From the NCBI RefSeq assembly GCF_902652985.1, contig NC_047023.1, forward strand, positions 8,990,001 through 9,054,000: a stretch of DNA of 64,000 nt, in the 5' to 3' direction. The notes under the pieces are model-generated. The model searched no databases, had not been told where the DNA came from, and saw only the letters and a program-made list of their open reading frames with translations. Position numbers and translations under genes: made by a program. The first letter of the stretch is position 1, and each line of letters starts with the position of its first letter. This document shows positions 51,228-62,040 of the stretch, piece by piece. The DNA comes from Pecten maximus. Lineage: Eukaryota.

Positions 51228-51998
51228 GGGGGACTGATGAAGTGTTACAGGGGAGGAGTGAGGGAATTAGGGAGGTGAGAGGGAAATAGGCTAGGGTATT
51301 AGAGAGGAGGGGGGACTGACAAAGTGTTACAGGGGAGAAGTGAGGGAATTAGGGAGGTGAGAGGGAAATAGGCTAGGGTATTAGAGAGGAGGGGAGGGGG
51401 ACTGACAAGGTGTTACAGGTGAGGAGTGAGGGAATTAGGGAGGTGGGAGGGAAATAGGCTAGGGAATTAGAGAGGGGTGAGAGGGAGATAGGCTAGGGTA
51501 TTAGAGAGGAGAGAGGGGGAACTAGAGAGGTGGTGAGGGTATTAGAGGGAAGGGGAGGGGGAACTGGAGAGGAGGTGAGGGGGAAATAGAGAGGTGGTGA
51601 GGGAAAATGGAGGTATTAGAGGGAAGGGGAGAGAGGACTGGAAAAGTGGTAAGAAAAAATGAGGATATTGGAGGGAAAGAGGAAGGAGAATTAAAAAGAT
51701 GGGTGGCAAGGGAAATGGGAGGGTATTAGAGGGAAGAGGATGAGGAACTAAAGAGCTTGTGAGGGAAATGGGAGGGTATTAGAGGGAAGAGGATGAGGAA
51801 CTAAAGAGCTTGTGAGGGAAATGGGAGGGTATTAGAGGGAAGAGGATGAGGAACTAAAGAGCTTGTGAGGGAAATGGGAGGGTATTAGAGGGAAGAGGAT
51901 GAGGAACTAAAGAGCTTGTGAGGGAAATGGGAGGGTATTAGAGGGAAGAGGATGAGGAACTAAAGAGCTTGTGAGGGAAATGGGAGGGTATTAGAAGG
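51228..51998. repeat. Purine-rich compound tandem repeat: ~81-86-bp unit x3, a degenerate middle, then a 53-bp unit x5 (near-perfect)
   Basis: gggggactga..gtgttacagg at 51228, ~51310 and ~51396; gggtattaga at 51721 and 51774. Confidence 0.93.
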
Positions 51999-52985
51999 GA
52001 GGGTTGATATAGTTAGTATTCACTCTTCAGAACATTTCCTGTGTCAGACGAAAATTTGCAGACCTGATCCACTCTGGTGGTAGCGCACCCATTGACTGCA
52101 TGATCATGGTTGCATGTGCATTGCATGTGAGTGATGTTGATTGGTGTTGTATTGTTATGTGGGTTTGTGAGACAGATATTCGTCTGGTCCATGTATCAGC
52201 AGCTCTCTCTACCCTGAGGTACAGATGTGCAGTGATTATAACGCCAGTTCTCTTACATAAGTTCCCAGGGTTTCCATGACAACAGTAAACAAGCCAGTTT
52301 GTGTGTATACTTATATTGTTGTGGTTTACCTGCATTGTTAAATATAAGTGTTGGGAGAGGCAGTAGTTTGACTCTTTTCCAAGTTCGTATAACTACAAAA
52401 AGAAAGATTCCGGAGGATTTTTTTTTTAAAATGAGTTCATGTAACTACAGAAAAATGGAAAACCTCTTCCCAAAATGTAAGGAAATATGAAGAATTGATA
52501 ATTCAGCATCTGGTTTGTGTGAAGGTTTACATTCAAGGGAAGCTTCTTATGAGGTTCTGCACTGTATCATTAATCTAGATTTTACAATCAGAAGTTTTTG
52601 TTTGGAAACCTCTGACATATGGAATGACGTAACTTAATTACTCTGTAGTTTGGAGAAACATCATTTAGTAGGAAAATCTTATAATGGACTTCATTTTAAA
52701 ACTCTGAAGTTCGTTTTAAAACCAATATTATGTTAACACTACCTATATTCGTGAAGGGGACTAAAGGTTTTTGCTGTTATTAGTTTAACTTAAGGGGGTT
52801 TTGATATTCTGACACCAGTTTCATCTTTCTAGTTAATTGCTAATTAACTTTTGAAAAATATATAGCAAAGCACTGCAGAATATGTGAGGGAAGTTTCTTA
52901 GCCAGGATTTTTTGTTAAAAATCCAATACTACTCAGAATGGAAAATTTTCAGTTAGAGAAGTTAGGAACGCTGATGATCGAAACA

Positions 52986-55118
52986 TTTTTTAGCCCACCA
53001 TCATCAGATGGTGGGCTATTCAAATCGCCCTGCGTCCGTGGTCCGTCGTCCGTCCGTCCGTCCCTCCGTCCGTCCGTCCGTCCGTCCGTAAACAATTCTT
53101 GTTATCGCTATTTCTCAGAAAGTGCTGAAGGGATCTTTCTCAAATTTCATATGTAGGTTCCCCTTGGTACCTAGTTATGCATATCGCATTTTGAGACCTA
53201 TCGGAAAACAACATGGCCGACAGGCAGCCATCTTGGATTTTGACAATTGAAGTTTGTTATCGCTATTTCTCAGAAAGTACTGAAGGGATCTTTCTCAAAT
53301 TTCAGATGTATGTTCCCCTTGGTGTCTAGTTATGCATATTGCATTTTGAGACCAATCTGAAAACAACATGGCCGACAGGCAGCCATCTTGGATTTTGACA
53401 ATTGAAGTTTGTTATCGCTATTTCTCAGAATGTACTGAAGGGATCTTTCTCAAATTTCATATGTAGGTTCCCCTTGGTGCCTAGTTATGCATATCGCATT
53501 TTGAGACCAATCGCAAAACAACATGGCCGACAGGCAGCCATCTTGGATTTTGACAATTGAAGTTTGTTATTGCTATTTCTCAGAATGTACTGAAGGGATC
53601 TTTCTCAAATTTCATATGTAGGTTCCCCTTGGTACCAAGTTATGCATATTGCATTTTGAGACCAATCAAAAAGACAACATGGCCGACAGGCAGCCATCTT
53701 GGATTTTGACAATTGAAGTTTGTTATCGCTATTTCTCAGAATGCACTGACGAGATCTTTCTCACATTTCATATGTAGCATCCCCTTGGTGCCTAGTTATG
53801 CATATTGCATTTTGGGACCAATCGGAAAACAACATGGCCGACAGGCAGCCATCTTGGATTTTGACAATTGAAGTTTGTTATTGCTATTTCGCAGAAAGTA
53901 CTGAAGGGATCTTTCTCAAATTTCATATGTAGGTTCCCCTTGGTACCAAGTTATGCATATTGCATTTTGAGACCAATCAAAAAAACAACATGGCCGACAG
54001 GCAGCCATCTTGGATTTTGACAATTGAAGTTTGTTATCGCTATTTCTCAGAATGCACTGACGGGATCTTTCTCACATTTCATATGTAGCATCCCCTTGGT
54101 GCCTAGTTATGCATATTGCATTTTGGGACCAATCGGAAAACAACATGGCCGACAGGCAGCCATCTTGGATTTTGACAATTGAAGTTTGTTATTGCTATTT
54201 CTCAGAAAGTACTGAAGGGATCTTTCTCAAATTTCATATGTAGGTTCCCCTTGGTACCAAGTTATGCATATTGCATTTTGAGACCAATCGGAAAACAACA
54301 TGGCCGACAGGCAGCCATCTTGGATTTTGACAATTGAAGTTTGTTATCGCTATTTCTCAGAATGTACTGAAGAGATCTTTCTCAAATTTCATATGTATGT
54401 TTCCCTTGGTGCCTAGTTATGCATATCGCATTTTGAGACCTATTGGAAAACAACATGGCCGACAGGCAGCCATCTTGGATTTTGACAATTGAAGTTTGTT
54501 ATCGCTATTTCTCAGAATGTACTGAAGAGATCTTTCTCAAATTTCATATATAGGTTCCTCTTGGTGCCTAGTTATGCATATTGCATTTTTGAGACCAAAC
54601 GGAAAATAACATGGCCGACAGGCAGCGATCTTGGATTTTGACAATTGAAGTTTGTTATCGCTATTTCTCAGAAAGTAATGAAGGGATCGTTCTCAAACTT
54701 CATATGTAGGTTTCCCTCGGTGCCTAGTTATGCATATTGCATTTTGAGACCAGTCAGAAAACAACCTGGCCGACAGGCAGCCATCTTGTATTTTGACAAT
54801 TGAAGTTTGTTATCGCTATTTTACAGAAGGTACTGAAGGGATCTTTCTCAAATTTCATATGTAGGTTCCCCTTGGTCCCTGGTGTTGCATTTTGGGACCA
54901 ATCCGAAAACAACATGGCCGACAGACGGCCATTATCGCTAAATCTTAAATTTTATATATAGGTTTCCCTTGTTTGAAAAGTACTAGAGGGCTGTTTCTGA
55001 ATTTACACAGATTAGTAAGACTTAGAGGAAGGGAAAAGTAGAGAAAAGATCAATCTGACATGGAACCTATAAAGATCATTCAATGGTGGGCGCCAAGATC
55101 CCTCTGGGATCTCTTGTT
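52986..55118 (+). mobile_element. Second copy of the non-autonomous Helentron (HINE-like), ~11.8 x 155-bp repeats
   Basis: Same termini as 29934-31676: tttttagcccaccatcatcagatggtgggc ... atggtgggcgccaagatccctctgggatctcttgtt. Confidence 0.93.
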
Positions 55119-55160
55119 TACAGAAGGCCCTGTTAGGTGACTTTGTATTGAAGTTCCTGT

Positions 55161-55381
55161 TTCCTGATGGCCGAATGGCTAAGGTGTCCGGACACTTTAT
55201 CACTATAGCCCTCCACCTCTGGGTCACGAGTTCGAAACCTAAATAGGGCAGTTGCCTAGTACTGACCATAGGCCAATGTTTTTTCTCTGGGTACTCAGCT
55301 TTCTTCCATCTCCAAAACCTAGTACGTCCTTATATGACACTGGTTGTTAATAGGACGTTAAACAAAATAAACCAAACCAAA
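55161..55381 (+). mobile_element. tRNA-derived SINE (same family as 16077-16292)
   Basis: tggccgaatgg (A box), gagttcgaaacc (B box), tctctgggtactcagctttc centre, tail taggacgttaaacaaaataaaccaaaccaa. Confidence 0.88.
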
Positions 55382-56849
55382 TTATAAAGAATATGTTTGC
55401 ATAATGCATCATTCATCGGATTTTGGTTTATCTAGTACTTGTGCCAAGATAGCAACTGGGTAGATTAGGGCAATATAGTTATAGCAACACCCAAGTAAAT
55501 ATATCCATTTTAATCAGAATGATCACTTCTGTCAACCTGGCTACATGTGAAAGCTTTTTACTTTCAAGAATAGAGACCGAAAACTAGCCTTTGGTACTAA
55601 CATGGTGGAACTTCAGATTTAAGTGAACAACAAAAGAGTTTTCTCTTCACTCATCCTAAACAAACTCCCATTTTGCAAATTAAAACTAAAAACAACTTCT
55701 TTTCTTATTAAAAAAAAAGACAAGTGTATGTTTATTTAAATTCATTCTTGCGAATTAAGTAAATATGCACGCACATGTAATGCAAATAGCTTTCATGGCT
55801 GCAGCTTTGTGCATGCTTTTTGAATCTGAACATCAAACAGATTTCTGTTTGGTTTTTATCATTTGTAGCTAATATTGTCTGAGACAGAACATGTGTGTGT
55901 ATAACAAATCATATTAACAGTTATTTTATTTGAATTTGTATGGACAGGAAGAGGGGTGATCAAGTGTTTGTTTGAGAGTTGAGACCAAAGTTTGTAAAGT
56001 TTTGAGTTTCTGAGACTTTCAAACTCTTTATCCAATGAAAATGCAAGTAGGCAAACAGACAGAGTTTAAAATCGGTCTGACTCATTGTGATTCTAATAAT
56101 TCCCGGGTGGACTGAGCTTGTAGAAATGGCCTTGAACTTATTGCAAAGGGATTTATACTACTTAGAATGAAATCACATCACGTTTGCCCAGGTAAAATTA
56201 GTTGTAAAGGGTCCGACAGGATATACATGCGTTTCTCTGGGTAGCCGGACAGGCTGTAACGATAAGGTTTGTTTACACAACGTAAATCACCGACGGCTCT
56301 GATTGAAAATAAATACATCGCTCTTTTTTTTTTTTTTCCAAAACATGATAGTGCAAAATAGTGTTGAATTCGTCGATAAGAGTAAGAATTTTAAACTTTT
56401 GAAATATTAACAGAATTTATACCATAAAAAGTTGGTACTTGTTATGTAAGTTTGGTGTGGCAGTTTATTTTTGCTATCGGAACGTCGACACATTTACCGT
56501 AGTGATACAGGTGTACTGTAGTAAAATGTATGTTTATCGTAGTATATGCGTTACTATTTGCGTCAATAGTGGCTATACATTGTGAGTCATGCATAAGGTG
56601 CCGTAAGACGTGAAAATCAGCTGATCACAACTTTGAGTTGCATGGCTGCACTAAACAATTTAGGTATGATGTGTGTTGTCCAGAGTGATATCGGCTCATC
56701 TGCGCGACAGCCACAATTTGACAAAAATACCGGGGACACATATAGATACATTTTGTGACCTGGGAACAAACATTTTTATTACCTAGTGATGATATTAATA
56801 CATGGTGTGATACAGAAATAGATTTAGCCAGACTGGTGTCGTATAGCTG

Positions 56850-57625
56850 ACATGTAAATACATTGTGTGACACATAAATACATTGTATGACACAGTGACA
56901 CATAGATACACTATTGATACATTGTAGGACACATAGATACATTGAGTGATACATTGTAGGACACATAGATACATTATATGACACATAGATACATTGTAGG
57001 ACACATAAATACATTGTAGGACACATAGATACATTGTAGGACACATAGATACATTGTAGGACACATAGATACATTGTAGGATACATAAATACATTGTTGA
57101 CACAGATACATTGTAGACACATAGATACATTTTAGGACACATAGATACATTGTAGGACACACCAATACACTGTAGGACACATAGATACATTGTAGACACA
57201 TAGATACATTTAAGGAAACATAGATACATTGTAGGACACATAGATACATTGTAGGACACATAGATGCATTGTAGGACACAAAGATACATTGGACAATGCA
57301 TAGAAACATTGTAGGACACATAGAACCATTGTAGGACACATAGATACATTGTAGGACACATTGATACATTGTAAGACACATTGATACTTTGTAGGACACA
57401 TAGATACATTGTATAATACATAGATACATTGTACAATACAAAGATATATTGTAGGACACATAGATACATTGTATACTACATAGAAATATTATAAGACACA
57501 TAGATACATTGTACAATACATAGATATATTATAGGACACATAGATACATTGTACAATGCATAGATATATTGTAGGACACATATATACATTGTAGGACACA
57601 TAAATACATTATATGACACAGGGAC
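56850..57625. repeat. Minisatellite, 20-bp unit (acacatagatacattgtagg), ~38 copies
   Basis: acattgtagg at 56991, 57011, 57031 and 57051. Confidence 0.96.
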
Positions 57626-58799
57626 AATTTGTATGACACAATTTCTATTACCTATATTGATCTACCTTATAAAACTTATCTACTCAGTTTTACTGAACCT
57701 TAATATGATATTCTAATCATAAAAATCAGACAATAACTCACGATCAGCTATTTATTCAACAATTGATATCAATGTTGTAAATAACATTTTAAGAAAGATT
57801 TTTTGCTAAAGTTGTATCAGGTAATATAACACTATCTCAATTTTGGCATCTTGCATTTTACCTAACACTATATGCATGTATAAAATTCAATTAAAGACTT
57901 TTTGTTTATTCCACTTTTTTAAAATCAATATAAAAATACCTATTAAAATTTTGAAATACTGTAGTGACATAGCAAATTTTAATCATTACTATATAACTGG
58001 TTATTAGTGAAGATTCGGAGTATGCAAATGTAATGTTGGACTGTTTTACCATCACTGAAATAGGTAAGAAACTTGTGCATTCTTCCTAGGGGGGGCCAAT
58101 ATCTTAACGAGGATTAGTTATTTTTTATTTCGCATTTTTTGTTATTTGTTTAGGAAGTGTTACAGAGGGCTTTATCTGTAAATATTGATCCGGAATGGTT
58201 AGACCCCCACATCGGTCGTGTATCTGATCTTGTGTAAAGCTATTAAAGAATCCTAGGGGTGTTACATGTGACACCTTTAATCAAGGTTAACGACACCTGT
58301 TGCCTTACATATATCTCCTACCTGCCTATATAAGTGGTAAGTAAAGCAGTTATTTTCCGTTTATTAAAGCTACATGTATCTGATTTATGTATATTTTGGA
58401 AGTTTTCTGAAATTACCTTTTTACTTTAGATCTGCTTAAAGTTGTTAATTAGACAGCTCACTTACTTTACAAATCTATTATTTTGTTTGGGTACACAAAC
58501 CCAAAGACCTCATGTCACTAAGGCTGTATGCTATATACCTTATATATTTGTTTTACCCCCTACAAACTATCCACAGAGATTGCTGGAAATAATACAACAG
58601 ATATACCTCAAATAATAATGATATCAAATTTATTCCATATCTGTTAATTATCCAGATAATTTCTTTGAAAATGTGTCCTTATCTGGTGTGAGCCTGTGTT
58701 CTGTAATCGTGTAACTAAACAGTATAGTAACAACAGCACATGGTGCTTGTGTACCTCACTGACTGTGCCTGGCAATCAGCATGCTGACTGACAAGTCCA

Positions 58800-58840
58800 T
58801 CGACCAATCAGCTGCCAGCACTTGTAAGCCCCGCCCACTG
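58800..58840 (+). promoter_or_regulatory. Proximal promoter: NF-Y-type CCAAT box plus Sp/KLF GC box
   Basis: gaccaatcag (58802-58811) and gccccgccca (58828-58837), ~500 bp upstream of the signal-peptide exon. Confidence 0.6.
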
Positions 58841-58859
58841 AGTAGCTATGTGTAGAGAC

Positions 58860-59177
58860 AGGTTTTACTACAACACATTCAGAGTAATGAAAACAACAGC
58901 ACATGCTGTTTGGTGAAAAGCAGAGTTGTGAGAATAGTGCTACTCACTTGATTATTGTGGATATTCTGTGCAGGATTGTTGTGTGTGTGATAGCCTGGAT
59001 TATATAAAAAAATATCTATAAATATCAACTGCACTCCTGTAAAATATTTCTTCACTATGTACAGAGAGCACAGGTGATTTCATCTCAGGGATATATATAT
59101 AACATACCTGTAAACTCTATAAGAATTAAGGGATTTTTACCTGAGAAACTAGTTCAGTGCCTGTTTTAAAGACTCAG
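58860..59177 (+). other. Probable non-coding 5'UTR exon (5' end uncertain)
   Basis: Follows the CCAAT/GC boxes and ends at cag|gtaaaa (59177/59178); a 116-bp intron would run to gtgtttgcag| at 59293. Confidence 0.4.
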
Positions 59178-59342
59178 GTAAAAAATTTGGCAAGACTGCA
59201 GTTGATGTACATTGATAGAATCATGGCATCAGATTTAATGAAATAATAAACAAATTTCTTGTGGATTATTATTATACACGAACGTGTTTGCAGGTGACCT
59301 GGGAGGTGTTTTGGAGGTACACGATTTACTGGAATAACATAT

Positions 59343-59451
59343 ATGTGCACCATGGACTTACTAACTATCCTGATTGTCTTCGTGGTCCATGTGACTCTCG
59401 CTCAGGACTGGCATCGAGATTTTGAAGCAATCAAGATTTGGAACATCGAAG
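59343..59451 (+). CDS. First coding exon of an unidentified secreted or type I membrane protein (signal peptide); the gene continues beyond the window or in exons I could not locate
   Basis: Acceptor tttgcag|59294; in-frame upstream TGA at 59295; MCTMDLLTILIVFVVHVTLA|QDWHRDFEAIKIWNIE has a hydrophobic core and a T-x-A cleavage motif; the second ATG (59352) has accATGg Kozak context; donor aag|gtaaat, phase 1. Confidence 0.72.
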
Positions 59452-61134
59452 GTAAATATTGTTCTGATAATTTGTCTGAATCTTTAACTAACTTCATTAA
59501 TTTACTTGTGTGTTTCTCAATTATACTTTAAATAGTATTAATGGTCTTATAACTAACTCTATAAATATCAACTACCTGTAAAATATATATTTATATATAT
59601 ATTGTGTGGCGTTTCTATGTGAAATCGTATTCTATCCTACAACAATATAAGCTTATAGTTGACACGGACCCCTGCGAGATATTAATCTAGTTCTGTGTAG
59701 ATAGTAATGATAGAGTTTTTGACCACCACAAAGACTGGCTAAATTTGTTGACTTAGCCAGGTAAGGTAAACCCTTCACGAGGCCTGATTTCTTAATGGTC
59801 AACTCTGTTATACAACTAGGTCAGGATAGGGATGGTCTCGTGAAGGTAACCTATGATTATACTGGGGGAAATCCCACAAGTACACCGACATTGATTGCAC
59901 ACCTGTGAAACTCTGGGGTTTTATCGTGACATATATCCCCTTATAGCTGTTGGGTATAAATACACTTCAGTAATGTAGATGAGATGGGAGCACTTTATTC
60001 TCCGACATGTATGGAAGCGCAAATGAATAAGTCCACAACACAGAGGGGATATTTATATTGAAATCCATCACGACTGCCTTTCAGTCCCCCTATTGGGCTC
60101 TTTAAAATAAAACTCCATAGTGGCACAAAAATATAAGCTCAACATCTTATATTGAAATTCATTTATTCATATCATTCTTATACAGAATAACAATGCAGGT
60201 TGAATTTAAATAGAGGGGGGAGGGCAATTTGATACAAAGGAGTCGTCAGGGTGGACATAATAGGCAGATCAGGGTAGGAGTGGTGGTTACCTGTAACTCA
60301 ATACCTGGGCCCATGTTACCTGTCAGCCAGGACTGACACTACCAACATCTAATCCTCCCCTGACACTTCTCATCCACCAGCGCGGCAAAGTCACCAGACC
60401 GCGTCCAGGAAAGCGTGATGTGTTTACTAAAAGGGGGGCACGTAGAGTCAAAATACAGTCCGCTTGTTTTGTTGTAGGTATATAGTACGTAGTAATATAT
60501 GGTACAATTTATGAAGGATTTGACCTTACGAAGCTGCTTTCGTCACTACAACAGTCTACCAGGGATGGGGAAATTTACATGAGAAATATGCATGCATAAC
60601 AAATTATTCAGTAAAGGTGATATATTTCTATATAAACACTCCCATATCGACTGATAAAATTTCGCAATGGGGTTTTTTTTATCAACAAGCACAAAATGAA
60701 TCATTTAACTTTCAAAATTAAATTTAGTAAATTTTGTACAACAATTATCCAACACAGCATGATTTGAGTTTTAGAAAGTGATGATGATGATTATTTAGAG
60801 ATTTAGAGATTCCAGTCAGATGATAGTAGGTAGATGACAGTATATGTTACAGCTGTATGTTCTAGCAGTGCCACACGCACAGCTGGCCCAGATTCCTCAT
60901 CAAAAGAGTCCCCTCACATCTGGATATTAGATACAGTGGCTGGGGAGGAATGAGTCCAACTCAGATTTGTAAACACTCACAAACCTGTCAAAATAATCAT
61001 AAATTATCCCATAAAATATTCAAATGTCATTTGTCTGAAAGGAATCTGTAAATGGATATTGGGCTTTCTCACAAGTGAATGGTCCCCACTGATATTGAGG
61101 TTGCTGTGGTTATAAGATTTAGAGCTTATAGAGG

Positions 61135-61162
61135 TGGGGGGGGGGGGGGGGGGGGGGGGGGG
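61135..61162. repeat. Poly-G tract (~28 nt); similar tracts at 40842-40863 and 41153-41174
   Basis: Direct inspection. Confidence 0.95.
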
Positions 61163-61544
61163 TCTACTCATAATCAATATTCAGGTCAGGGAGGGCTGGA
61201 GGACATTACTTTTACCCACACATTAAAAAATCAATATAACCAAGGTTAGGCTGTAAATGGGAGTTATTGAGCACATTATATTCACAGTGATAGGGGACAG
61301 TGGTCAGTATACTTAAGCTGACTGACCCATCCTTTGACCTGCTGGCTCACCTGTTGAATCAACTGTGGTCAGCTTGTGACACCTGGGCTAGTCTGATAAG
61401 GTATAATTACCTGTGTACTGAAACTTTATCATCAGGCTGTGGACTTAGTCACAGCAGACACTGAAGGAACATGTGTAATATATTTACTATGTGATGAATG
61501 ATGCACAGGACTTCAGTACTTAGGGGAGAGGACTGGTTCTGTAA

Positions 61545-61592
61545 AGAGAGAGAGAGAGGGAAGGAAGGAAGGAGGGAGAGAGAGAGAGAGAG
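61545..61592. repeat. (GA)n/(GGAA)n microsatellite
   Basis: Direct inspection. Confidence 0.9.
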
Positions 61593-61957
61593 GTGGGGGA
61601 TTCAGCATGGAGGGCTGGATGATAGAAATTTATAATGATATGAGCATGAGTGAGACTAATTTAAAACAGGTAGATATATATATATACATATATACCAGAT
61701 ACTTTGTTAGGTCTTAATCTGGAGGCCAGCTCCTTTATTCCAGAGTCTGGCATGTTATTTACTGACCCCTATATAAAACTGACAAGATATTTTGAGGGGT
61801 AAATGAAGCGAGACTGGTTTTGGCACCAAGGGTTCTATGTAAACATCCCCAAATCACTTCCAGGGGTTGGTATATATCCCCACTTCTAACATGGAAGGCC
61901 TTGCAATCAAATCAGTACCAGGGATTGGTATCCTGACTCTTAAAAACGTTAATTTTA

Positions 61958-62040
61958 CCCTTTCAACCCTAAGAAACTTTAGTGGACTCTGCCATTCATT
62001 CATCAATTAAAGTCCAATATGGTCAGCAGGGGTGAAAGAG
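61958..62040. mobile_element. ~83-bp piggyBac-like MITE, inverted copy of 6198-6279
   Basis: ttta|ccctttcaaccctaagaaactttagtggactctgccattcattcatc...ggggtgaaagag|ttaa. Confidence 0.8.

Noticed and set aside
59452-59531. C-terminal part of ORF 59343..59531
   Set aside because: It lies after the splice donor at 59451/59452 and is AT-rich intron read-through.
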